A program made the translations under genes and the position numbers. Below the pieces are notes generated by a model. That model saw only the letters and a list, made by a program, of their open reading frames with translations. It was not told where the DNA came from and searched no databases. DNA of 64,000 bases, from positions 109,058,001 through 109,122,000 of the forward strand of contig NC_058377.1 in the NCBI RefSeq assembly GCF_018350175.1. The letters are read 5' to 3'. This stretch comes from Felis catus. Its lineage: Eukaryota. Of this stretch, positions 41,633-53,200 are shown in pieces; the first letter of the stretch is position 1, and each line of letters begins with the position of its first letter.

Positions 41633-44595
41633 AGGTATGAAATGGAAGGTCTTCTCACGTGCGTTCCTGAGCGGTGGGTCCAAGGCCACTACCGGCACAA
41701 CGGGCTACCCCGGGTCAGCGATGCAATGCTCTCGGTCGTGGAAGGGGACACAGGGTCGGACTCCGGTGTTCCCAGGAGCAAGGTAAGCCGAGAGGGAACC
41801 CCCTGCCCAGCCTAGGGCCTGAGACTCAGGTTTGAGTCGCTGCAGCTGACTCCAACCGACCGGCACCCGGGGCACTTCTAAGGCGGTGTCCAAGCGGTCC
41901 CCCTTCTAGCCCGGGGCCGGGGGGTGGGGGGTGGGTGGGTCTTCATTCTGCCGCTGGGCCTGCTGGGGACTAAGGGACTGGTGACTGCTCCCCAAAGTGG
42001 GGGTGGGGGGGAAGAGCCACGATCTGTGGTGCGAATTCAGTTCCCCTGATGGCTGTCAGCGTTAGTGGTTCAGGGGAACGGGCACCGAGATGTTGGAGGA
42101 CACAAGGTGGGAGACAGCCAGCCCCCAGTCGGCGCGTGGGATCTGAAGGCCAAGAGGAAGGTCAAAGCAAGGGCCTCCCTCACGCCCGGAAGTGGCATCT
42201 TCGCACGTATGCCTGTGCCGGGGGTGCACCGGGCCGAGGGGCAAATGTGGGTGGGATCCACTGTGGGCCACCCCTCAAGCCCTGACGTGGATCTGCGTCC
42301 ACCTGGAGAAAGGCACCCTTTTCTGATTTGTGCAGAGGCACCATAAGGACTCACGGTGGCCCTAGAAGGGGGCCGAGCATGGGCGCGATTCCCCTGGGCG
42401 GAGACAGGGCAGGGTGTGTTCCGGGCCATGGGAGCTGCATTCCCAAAGGCACGGGGGCAGGGCATGAAGCGTGAAGAGGGGTGGAAGCAGACTGCCCTGG
42501 GAGAGTTGGCTGAGGCCTTCGGTACCAACCCCCAGGACTCATCTGAAAGCTGGAGCAAACTGGAGCCTCCAAGGTGGTTGAGCAGGTAAGCGACAAGGTC
42601 AGGCCCACATGCTAGCATCTTAGGCAGAGTCCAGCTGCTGGCTGGCCGGGGGTGGGGGGAGTCGTTCAGGTCTTTGTCCAGAACCCGCTTGAAGAAACTC
42701 CATGGTGCCCAAACATTTGAGGAAGCCGCATGGGCAGCGTGTGTGTGGGCGGGGGCGGGGGGGTGGTTACTGGCTCCAGCTCCTTCCCGTGGAGATTGCG
42801 TCTTCCACCGTCCTCTGTCCACGGCCACCAGCGACCTGCTAGCCGTGATCTACTCTCCTCTCCTCCTCAGCAGCAGAACCCCAGTTTTACTTCCGATGGC
42901 AGTGAGCCCAGCTGAAAGGCCACATTTCCAGCCTCCCTGGCACATACAATGTGACTGCGTGACTGAATTTTAGGATTGGAGATGTAAGGAGAAGGTGTTG
43001 GAAAGGATTTTTAAGAATGCTCCTTGAAATAGAAATAATCTTGGTGAAGGCTAGTTCTATCTCCTTGTTTCCTCCCGCATTCCGCCTGGGATGCAGATGT
43101 GATGGTTGGAACTCCAGCAGCAATGTTGGGCCAGGAGGTGACCTTGAGAATTAGAGCCATGTGGTGAGGACAGTAGAACAAGATAAAAGCCCCCGGGCTT
43201 CCCGTGACACCATAGGAGCTTCCTTGTGTCGCCTGCTTCCAGAGTCTCAACAGAAGGAGACATAAGCTTCTAGTTTGTTTAAGCTACTGGTTTTTTCCCT
43301 TGTTTCTATTACTGGCATCCTATGTTCATTATCTACTACTACATAACAAGTTATCCCCAAATTTAGTGCCTTAAAACATCAATAATCACTCTTATCGCTC
43401 CTGGTTTCTGTGGGTGAAGAATTCAGACGGAGAAAACAGGTACGGTTTCTCTCTGCTCTGGGACACTTAAGGGGCCTCTGCTGGAAGACTCTGAAGCCAG
43501 GGGTGGCTGTTAGAGCCAACACTGAGCCGGGAGAATTCTTAAAAGGAAAAGAATGTCTGAGGAAAGGGACAGAGCCTTGTTCCAAAAAGCTCATAGTCCT
43601 CTGCCTTTGCTCTCTGATTGAAACCTGACACAGCACGGCCAGAACAGAGCCCCCGATTTCCAACCTGCGCCCCAACCCTGCCCCTCTCTGTCTTTTCCAT
43701 CTCGGTAAACTCTGCCGCCGTTCACCCAGTTGCTTACTCCAGACACCTGCATGGCAATCCTCTCCTTCTCCTCCTTCTTTTTTGTTATGTAACATCTCAG
43801 ACATCGCAAAGGTAGAGACGTGGGTGCACGTGGGCTCTTTGTCCGCAGCGCCCAGCTCTCCAGCCGTCCCCTACCGTGACCGCTCCTACCCCATCCACGC
43901 ACACGCACCCCCACTGGGTTATTTTGAACAAGATCTGCAGGCTGTATAGCATTTCATCCACGGACGCCTTCCTCACTTCCCCGCGTGAAAGATATCACCC
44001 AGGACTCTCCCTACACCAGCTCTCTAAGCAGCCCCCGGGTCTTCTCCATCTGAAGCCACCACCTTGCTTTGGGCCCCCAGGGACCCTCCCCCAGTGACTA
44101 CCACAGACTCTATCAGGCGTCCGCTTCACCTCGTCCCTTCCGGCCCATGTAGCGTCATCTTGGAATGTTACTCAGATCACACCTCTACCTCACTCAAAAT
44201 ACACTGGTGCCTCCCACCAAACATCAAATATAGCCCAGGCTTCTGCCCCAGCCCTCGGACCCCTGTGGGCTCTGGCAGATGCCCCAAGCTCACCTGGAGC
44301 CTGATCCCCTTCCCTTACAAAGTCTCAGCCACGGTGGCCTTGTACCCGATCCTGGAACAACCTTCTTCCCTCAAGGTCTTGGCACACACTGTTCCCCCTC
44401 CTAGAGCACTGTTCCTTCCCCTAGTTCCCCCCTCGCTCCGCTCAACACTTAGGGCTCAGCCTGTGTGTGAGTCCTGACCGTCTAAATCCACCTCCCGCCA
44501 GCCCCACTGCTATCCTTCGCCTTGGCTCGCTGTGTGCAAGTTCATTATCCGTTTCTTCTGTGCGAACTAAGGTTCGGGGGGGGGGGGCAGGGCAA

Positions 44596-45038
44596 GGGGC
44601 ACCTGAGTGGCTCAGTCAGCTGAGCATCCAAGTCTTGGTTTAGGCGCAGGTCATGATCTCACAGTTCATAGGTTCGAGCCCCGTGTTGGGCTCTGCACTG
44701 ACGGTGTGGAGCCTGCTTGGGATCTTCTCTCTCCCTCTCTCTATCACTCCCCTGCTCAGGCTCGCTCGCCCTCTCTCAAAATACATAAGTAAGTAGGGGC
44801 GCCTGGGTGGCGCAGTCGGTTAAACGTCCGACTTCAACCAGGTCACGATCTCGCGGTCCGTGAGTTCGAGCCCCGCGTCAGGCTCTGGGCTGATGGCTTG
44901 GAGCCTGGAGCCTGTTTCCGATTCTGTGTCTCCCTCTCTCTCTGCCCCTCCCCCGTTCATGCTCTGTCTCTCTCTGTCCCAAAAATAAATAAAAACGTCG
45001 AAAAAAAATAAAAAAAATACATAAGTAAGTAAATAAAT
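44596..45038 (+). mobile_element. Nested SINEs: young feline-type SINE (44796-45013) inserted in the A-tail of an older SINE
   Basis: Two SINE heads (44596, 44796). Perfect 18-bp TSD aaaatacataagtaagta at 44778-44795 and 45014-45031. Confidence 0.93.
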
Positions 45039-45938
45039 GGAGTCCCCCACTCCCTGACGAAAAAAAAAAAAGCTATGGGAGGCAGATGGTCACAGATGCA
45101 GATCTTTGAGTTGGACAAAGTGCCAATTCTGCCGCTACGACCTGGGTGATACCACACTTAAAACAGGGCTCCAATATAGTAAAGGCTCAGTAAATTTAGC
45201 GATAATCATCACTAGTACTATTCTTGTTATGAATCATCAACAGGCACTCCCTATCGCATAGACACGCGCTTCACCAGCTGCCAGTTCACGCAGTAGATGT
45301 CCAGTGAGCTTGGGCTAAGTGAATGATTCTTGAGCTCCTACTGAGACCTCCAACATCCCGGGGTTCCTGTGTCCCGAGGATGGAGCGGCGGAACCCCTTG
45401 GCCAGTGGCCCAGGCCAAAGGAGCTTCATGATCCCAGGAAGGCGAACGGGCCCAAGAAGGGCACCCAGGGAAACGTGGGCTGCGCTCCCCCCCCCCCCGC
45501 CCCCGCCCCGCCGTCCAGAGCAAACCACGAAGCCTTGTGTCTCCTTGATGCGGGCCCAGGACCCCTGGCCCCTCAGAGCTTCCCCCAGGTGGCTGGCCCC
45601 TGCATTTTTCACGAGTTTCATCTTCTCTCTGAAGTCACCCACGCTGCCGTCTATTCTCCGGGGCTCGTGAGTACGCAGTCATCGCCGAGGTGGCCAGGAT
45701 GTATGTGGAAAGCGTAAGGAGCATCAGGCGTCCGGCCCCAAACTGGCCACGCCCCTCAGTCAGGGCCGGCAGCGAGCGCTGTTGTCCTGCTAGGTGAAGG
45801 CAAAGAGCTCCTACGAGTCCGATTCGAGAGACAGAAAGAAAAACAGGCTGGCCAACTTCACAAATGCACATCAAGGGCCGGAGGCGGTAGGACTCCAAAG
45901 GGGAGTACTCCTCTGCTCCAAAGAGAAGTTTCTATCCA

Positions 45939-46146
45939 GGGGCGCCTGGGCAGCTCACTGCTTGAGCATCTGACTTCAGCTCAGGTCGTGATCATGATCT
46001 CACGGTTCGGGTTCTTGGGTTCGAGCCCTGCTCTTCGCGCAGAGCCTGCTTCAGGTCTTCTGTCCCCCTCTCTCTCTGCCCCTCCCCTGCTCACGCTCTC
46101 TCAAAAGTAAATAAGCATTAAAAAAAAAAAAAGAGGGAAAAAAAAA
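45939..46146 (+). mobile_element. Carnivore SINE
   Basis: ggggcgcctggg head, CT-rich body, A tail. Degenerate TSD (gagaagtttctatcca / gaggagtttctgtcca). Confidence 0.88.
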
Positions 46147-46745
46147 GAGAGGAGTTTCTGTCCAGAATGTCAGCTGAGACCAAAAGCACCTGGTTTTCAG
46201 GAACCCATGGGTATATTCCAAAAGATAGGTGTGTTTTTCTTCTCTTTGCTATTTAAAAAACTTGTAAAGTGAAAGAGACCAAAATAAAAATACTGAATTC
46301 TTTCAGTAGAAGAATTTCACTGGATGTGTTATAAAAGCACCATATGTTACGAAAGACTACAACAGTATAAAGACTAACATTTTAATAAGCCTCCAAAACA
46401 CCTAAGAAGTGAATATAGGATCCTTTAAAAATGCAAGCAGTGTGGACATTTATGAAGTTAGGGTCTCAGTTGCCCTCCTGAACTGCTTGCTTAGCTCAGT
46501 CTGTTTCCGGAGTCGAACCCGGAAAGCGACGGGCCGTGAGCGCTGGTACTCGCCGGGCAGTTTCTGTAAGGCCTCCAGCCGTGGGGCAGATGGAAACTCA
46601 AATCTCTGCCTTCAGCCTGGACCTCTGTCTTGAGTTCTGGCTTCCGGCATCCGGTTGCCTTCTTGAGACATCCACTCAGGTGACCTTCCAAGCCCTGGAG
46701 ATGCAAAACTGACCGTGTCATTTATCTCCCCAGACCGGCTTCGTC

Positions 46746-47181
46746 TTTTTTTTTTTGTTCTTTTTTAATGTTTATTTTTTATTTTTAAGAGAGAGAGAGA
46801 GAGCGCGCGTGAGTGGGGGACGGGGAGGGGCAGAGAGAGAAGGGGACAGAGGATCGGCGAGCCTGATGTGGGCTTTTTTTTTTTTTTTTAATTTTTTTTT
46901 TCAACGTTTATTTACTTTTGGGACAGAGAGAGACAGAGCATGAACGGGGGAGGGGCAGAGAGAGAGGGAGACACAGAATCGGAAACAGGCTCCAGGCTCT
47001 GAGCCATCAGCCCAGAGCCCGACGCGGGGCTCGAACTCCCGGACCGCGAGATCGTGACCTGGCTGAAGTCGGATGCTTAACCGACTGCGCCACCCAGGCG
47101 CCCCCTGATGTGGGCTTTTAACCCAGATCGTGATCTGAGCCCAAGTCGGACGTTCTACCACCCGAGCCACCCAGGCGCTCC
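46746..47181 (-). mobile_element. Nested SINEs: young feline-type SINE (46878-47104) inserted in the body of an older SINE
   Basis: The older minus-strand SINE is split. 15-bp TSD ctgatgtgggctttt at 46863-46877 and 47105-47119. Confidence 0.92.
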
Positions 47182-47781
47182 TGGCTTCTTCTCCCATGTC
47201 CCTGCCTCCATGAATAGCACCTTCCGGGAGCCAAAACCCTTCAGCCACCATTCCCCCCTTCACAGTCAGCCCGTCACGGAGTCCTGTCCATATCTGCTCG
47301 CCAACCACCCCCCAGTTTTGCTCTCTCCTCCTGTGCCAACCCTGCCTCTGCCTAGGTTCGCATCCCACCCCCTCCTGCCTGGGCAGTGCCCCAAGTGGTC
47401 CGCCATATGTATTCTTGCTGTTCTCCCTTGTGGCTTCTCCGTATCCCTGATCCCTTGCGGACTCTCTGATGCACAGTAGGGCTCTCAATAAATATTGGAA
47501 AAAAGAGCGAGTGGTTTATTATTTTAGTGGGCAGGGGGTTCCCGTGGCATCCACCTGACACTTCCCTCTGTGGTAGCTTTTATTCCCACGGGGATACTGC
47601 GCTTTGTATTGTGTCCAAGTGTCCCAAGTCACACACACAGGAACCAGGAAAATAGCCCTGGGTGAGTACTCTGTGAGACTGTCCCGCAGCGGGGCACCTA
47701 CTAGGGCAGACAATAAAATCTATATAATGTTTATTATTTGTTTATTAGTGAAAGAAACTGCCACTTAAAAGTTGCCTGCTT

Positions 47782-47993
47782 GGGGCGCCTGGGTGGCTCG
47801 GTCGGTTAAGCGTCCGACTTCGGCTCAGGTCACGATCTCGCGGTCCGTGAGTTCGAGCCCCGCGTCGGGCTCTGGGCCGACAGCGCAGAGCCTCGAGCCT
47901 GCTTCGGATTCTGTGTCTCCCTCTCTGTCTCTGCACCTGCCTCGCTCACACTCTGTCTGTCTCTCTCTCTCAAAAATAAATCACTTAAAAAAA
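47782..47993 (+). mobile_element. Feline-type SINE
   Basis: Full-length CpG-rich head ggggcgcctgggtggctcggtcggttaagcgtccg, (CT)n, A tail. Confidence 0.92.
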
Positions 47994-49279
47994 GGTGGCT
48001 GGCAACTTTCAAGCGGCAGGGTCTCTCCCGAATAAACAAACCAACGATAAAAAAAATAGATTTTTCTCTTCTGTCGCACTTACCGGATGCTCCACGACAG
48101 GACCTGCTCCCTGTGGCTAGTGGAATCTCACCCTGACCTAGAATTCTCTTCCTGGTCCCTAAGCGTGGTGGGCCAAACGGTGGCCCCAGGTAAATATGTC
48201 CACTCTCTAGTCTCTGACACCTGTGAACATGTTATCTTGCACAGAGAAAGGGGCTTCGCAGACGGGATTGAAGTTAAGGACCTTGAAGTGGAGAGGGGGT
48301 TATTGTGAGCTATCCAGGTGGAGACACATTTCAACCAGTCCTTCGGGGACTTCTTTGATCTCCTATTTTCAGCGGCCACAGAGAGTGGAGAATGACTGGA
48401 GACCGGGGAAGCGTCGGTCTGTGGGTTGGGCAGCTAATGGGTGGGATGGACTGCTCTTCCCATTCCTTCCTCTGAAAGTCTTGTAATTCTCTTCTCTGTA
48501 GCATTCCAAGGGAAGTCTGACCCTTCCAGTGAAGGCCAGTGCTAGGTCTAGGCTGGAGTGAGCCCTCCGGAAAAAGCCACCGCCAGATGTCTGTGTTAGA
48601 GCAAGAAAATCCACCTTCCCCCGAGAACGAGCCCCCCGCCCGCCCCCGCCGCCAAATTCCAGGTGTGCGTGTTCCTCATAGGCCTCCATCAGCCACGCTG
48701 GATGTGACATGGCCTTCCCAATCTGACTCTGCAAGGCACCCACGGGTCCCTATTCACCTGTCATCAGCCACCAGGGGCAAATCTGGCAGCGGAGTGGAGA
48801 AAGCGGGGAGGGGAAGGGTTATAGGCATCCCCAGTCCCAAACCTTCTTCCCAGTTCTCCCAGCGTACCTCCATCAGGATCCCGCTGTCTAACAAGGCCCT
48901 TCCTTTGATGTAGGACCTGCCACACTGCAGCAAACTCACAGGAAGCCCCAGAATATTATGAAACTTTGAAAGAAACACAGAGACACCAGACATCTGTCAG
49001 ACAACTGGCAAACCGCTAGCTTGAGGCTGTTCACAGTTTCAACATTGGATCGCCCTGCGTTCCTTCGATGACATAATATCTTTGTGAATCTGGGGTTTTG
49101 GCAGCTGCCGGATCAAAAGCAAGTCCTATTGGGAAAGTCGATGCGTAACAGGAAATGAAGGTGACGATGTCCAATCTGATTCCAAGTTTTGAGAAGCTGT
49201 GCAGTGTCCAACAGGCACATACTTCACTAGCAAGCGATTGTGATTACTTAAGAATGAAAAGATTCTTGCATCCTTCGAA

Positions 49280-49507
49280 ACTTTGTTTAATGTTTATTTA
49301 TTTCTGAGAGACAGACAGAGAGAGAGAGCATGAGCAGGGGAGGGGCAGAGAGAGAGAGAGAGAGAGAGAGGGAGACAGAAACTGAAGCAGGCTCCAGGCT
49401 CCGAGCTGTCAGCACAGAGCCCGGCGAGGGGCTTGAACTCACGAACCACGAGATCATGACCTGAGCTGAAGTTGGTCGCTCAACCAACCGAGCCATCCAG
49501 GCGCCCC
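49280..49507 (-). mobile_element. Carnivore SINE
   Basis: Reverse-complement SINE with (GA)n. Degenerate TSD ttcttgcatccttc / ttcttgtatctttc. Confidence 0.9.
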
Positions 49508-49632
49508 AGTTCTTGTATCTTTCAATGTGTGCATATTATTTTTTCAAATGACTGCTGAGTTATTAAAATACAAGTACCTCTTATATTGTTTGGACTTAAC
49601 TATTAAATGAAACTGTTAGGCATTTAAAACAA

Positions 49633-49729
49633 TTTTTTTAAGGACGCTTCACACCCAACGTGGGACTTGAACTCACCACCTTGAGATCCAGAGTCGCACG
49701 CTCCACCAACTGAGCCAGCCAGGTGCTCC
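49633..49729 (-). mobile_element. Short older carnivore SINE
   Basis: …acccaacgtgggacttgaactc…gagccagccaggtgctcc, flanked by ctgttag repeats. Confidence 0.75.
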
Positions 49730-49735
49730 TGTTAG

Positions 49736-49766
<31 letters not shown>

Positions 49767-50531
49767 GTCGTTGTTGTTGTTTTGTTTTGGTTTTTGTTTC
49801 GGCCCCGGGTGTCATGAAAATCTCACTGAGGTACTCAGATACCGTGAACCCAGGGAGTTTAAGAGCCTCTGCCATGGGAATTTGATGGGTTTGGGACTTC
49901 AGTGTTTGCCGATTCAGCTCTCCTGTGATCAGTTTCTGGACCCTGTGTTCAGGGCTCTCTGGTGCGAGCCGAGGCAGACGGTGCTTCTTGTAGCAGGTTC
50001 GTGCAACCACCCTGAACTTGCTCACTGGCTTCCAGCAGGAAGCCTTGACGCTCCCCATAAAGAGTCCTTTTTCTCTCTGCCACATTAGTGTGGCTCTGGT
50101 TGACACTTTAGAATGCCCCTTTTTCCAGATGAGGAGCCAAACATCGAGCCACCAGAGACCCTGCCTCAGGTTCCCCAGCCCTCGCGTAGTGAAGCTGGAA
50201 TCAAAGCAAGGCTGCCTGGTGCAGGGTGACTGCCCTCAGCGACTACTAGCTGACTCCCAGGAAGAACTAAATCCCCGAACTCACCAAAACCATGCTAAAG
50301 CATGGCCACCACCAGATGCCCTAAAACTGCACCACGACCTGACTCCGCCCCTCTTATCTGCATCCCACAAGGTCACAGACCTCAGAATCCTCTTCCAGAA
50401 TCACAGCTGACCCTTCCGGGGTTAGGAAGACGTCACGAATCCCACCCCGCCCCCCACTACTGCCCCCAAATCACAGCACAATCAGCCCAAGAGGTTACAC
50501 CTTGCAGCTTCTGGCTGAAAGCAAGTTCCCT

Positions 50532-50838
50532 CTGTCAAGGTCAATCCCGATGGGGCTTTTTCTGTAGACCTGCATCGTTGGGAACACCTCAGAGATATAT
50601 GTGTGGTTTTCTTTATTCACAGAACTAGATTTCTGAAGTATGTCCGTATTCAAGTGGAGATCAAAGAAGCCCACCCGAAAGAATTGTGGACTGACAGTGA
50701 ACTGTGGATTGAACAAAAGTTCTCCTTGAAAGGGCTGTTTTGAAGATTCCGATTCTGACTTTGGAGGAGCTAAGATGATTGGCAGTGGAAGGAATCACGT
50801 AGAATGCCCTAAGTAAAAACGTATTGACTTAAAAAAAA
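50532..50838 (+). pseudogene. Unidentified retroposed RNA 3' fragment (processed retrocopy)
   Basis: AT-richer non-SINE sequence ending AGTAAA (50812-50817) then A11 (50831-50841). Flanked by a 14-bp TSD aaagcaagtYccct at 50518-50531 and 50839-50852. Confidence 0.65.
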
Positions 50839-51899
50839 AAAGCAAGTCCCCTGAGAGGTGGAAATTTTCTAATCAGAGACACGGCTGTCACTGTGGTCTG
50901 GCTCAGCTCCAGGGGTGAAGATCACAGAATCTCCTGGGGTTCAAACCTCCACTTACTAACTTGGTCAAATGGGGCGGTGGCTTAACACGAGGCACACAGG
51001 CTGAAGTGCCTTCGGCCCCCTCGTCCGTCAATCACGGTGAGAATGGCACTCACTGCATGGGGGTTGTTACGGGCCTCAAATGGGTGAAGACATTTAAAGC
51101 CCTTAGAATAGGACTAGGCATATAATAGCTGCTGCAAGCTCTCATTATTATTTTCACTATGATTTGCCACCAAACGTTACTCCCATTCATAGCGGCCAGG
51201 GCACCTGCGTTGGGATCTCATCTGGAAAGCATCTTATTCTCCAGGCTTTGGGTTGGTTGGGGGGTCGCTCCACCAAATGCCTAACGCAGGCTGTCTAGCT
51301 GGGTGTTGGTACCTACTGGAATCCGGTAGGTGTTAGTTCTGCCCCTCTTTAACCGCGGCTCCCCAGTCTGTCCCAACAACCTTTGAAAAACAGTTCATTG
51401 AGCCCCTGGCACTGACTCCTGGAGCCCCGGTCTAGTGCGGGAGTGAGCAAGGGAATATTTTCAAATGTAGTGATGAGCGCTGAGATCAATCCTGCTCCAA
51501 AAACTGTGACTCTCAGCTTCTACATGAGGGTCTCTGAGCCCGAACCCACTCCCTCCTGCCAAATGCACACCCCTGAGGAACGTGTCCACAGTTTGGAGGG
51601 CTAGCTGGGGGAGGGGAGCACCCAACATTAACAATTTAGGTGACAGTTTGTGCTTTTACCCCTGGGAAACAGGATTCGTCCATAAAGAACAGCTAAAGTC
51701 CCACCAGCCACTGCAAAGACTGGCAGGGGCCGCCTCTGCTCACAGAGGCCTCCTTGGGGGTCTTCCAAATATGATGGAGGACACGTGAGTGGATCTGCTA
51801 TTTTGCCGGTCTGGGGGCAAATATTTGCCAAGGCGGCCAGTATTTGAATAACACAAACACGTAATAAATACTTTAAGGAAGTATTTATTGAACCCCAGT

Positions 51900-53200
51900 G
51901 TGCTTTGGGAGAGGGGCCGGGCTTCCCGGTGCCTGCAAGTCCCGGCGCTGAAAGCAGGTGGCGCCAAAGGCCCATTCATCGACGCCATCCACCGGACTCT
52001 CGACCTCGTCTCGGAGCTCCCCCCAGAGAACCTGCAATCTAGACGACCGCAAGCCGTGAGTAGGGAAGGAGAGGGTGCCAGGGCTAGGTTCAGGGGCATC
52101 CTGGTCAGGGACAGGAGTTCGGATCCACTAGTCTGAGCATACTCAGAAGGCGAGTCCTGGGCCCCGGAGTCCCGAGAAGGTGGAACGTGTTGGTGGGCGT
52201 GGCTATGCATTCACAGTAGGTGGAGCCTGAGAGAAATCGGGGCTACGCTCTCTGTGTGGGCGGTACTTGTGCTCAGAGCCCCCAACAGGGGGCGCTCTGG
52301 GTGGGCGGGACTTAAGGGATCTTCAGGGATGGGGTTTGTGAGTATTCTTAGTGGGCGGACCCGAAGACTCTGTAGGTGGGCCGTTATCTCAGTGAGAAGT
52401 AAGGGTGTTAGCAGCTGTATGTGGGCGGAGCTTTCCCCAGTGAGATGGTCCTGGGCACCGCCCCTATCATTTCAAACTCTGCGAGGGGCGGGGCTTATAG
52501 CTGGGGGCGGAGCCCGACGAGGCTCTTAAGGGCAACGCGTAACCACGGGAAGGCGGAATTTGCAGGTCTCCTGGACTTGGGGGAAGTCTCTGCGGGATGT
52601 TCTGCACTGCTGAACTGGGTCTCAAGCTCCGAAGAGGGGCGGGGCTTGTGGTTCAGTCGGGTTGGGCACGCTACGCGGCGTGAGGAGAGAGTGTAAACTC
52701 TTGGTGGAGTTTATACTTCCTGAAAGCAGGAACTCATTAAGAACTGCCCGTCTGCCCAGGCCGCCCTGAGAAGGTGGGGCTTATGGTCCTGGTGGGCGGG
52801 GCCATCGTTACTGCTTCGGCCGGGGCGGAGCGGATAGAGCAGAGGGGCGGGGCAATAGTTCTTCGAGAATCTCTGAGCTGGCAGGGGGAGAGGCTTGTGG
52901 CTTTGGTGGGCGGGGCCTCTGAAGAGCTCCCGCAGAGAGGGTGCTGTGACAGCAGTGGGTGGGCGTGGCTCGTAACTAGGAGGGACCTATCTGATAGTGC
53001 CGGGGTCTGTAGGCAGGAGAGTTTCGCGCCTGATTGAGGCGGGGTCTGAGAGTCAGCGGGCGGAGCCTACGACACAGCTCCGGGTCTGGGCGGAGCCCGG
53101 GCTCGGCGCAGGCGGGGGTTCTGCCCTGGGAGGCAGTCTGTTTAGGCCCGCACGCAGCTCCGCATCTGTTGCTCATTACGGGATGACAAAGAGCCGGCTC
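51900..53200. promoter_or_regulatory. Orphan CpG-rich element with GC-box array and CTCF-like motifs
   Basis: 15 GGGCGG/GGGCGT hexamers on the + strand within 52190-53100. CTCF-like AAAGCAGGTGGCGC (51951-51964) and CCAACAGGGGGCGC (52282-52295). No coding exon attached. Confidence 0.6.

Larger units (their letters stand above)
48925..49872 (+). mobile_element. hAT/Charlie-type DNA transposon remnant, interrupted by two SINEs
   Basis: About 49070-49230 translates (with disruptions) as YLCESG…KSK…QEMKVTMSNLIPSFEKLCSVQQAHTS, resembling the C-terminal dimerisation region of Charlie/ZBED5-type transposases. Terminus-like gagtttaagagcctctg near 49870. Boundaries approximate. Confidence 0.6.

Noticed and set aside
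44796-44885. tRNA-like A-box and B-box sequences
   Set aside because: These are heads of tRNA-derived carnivore SINEs, not tRNA genes.
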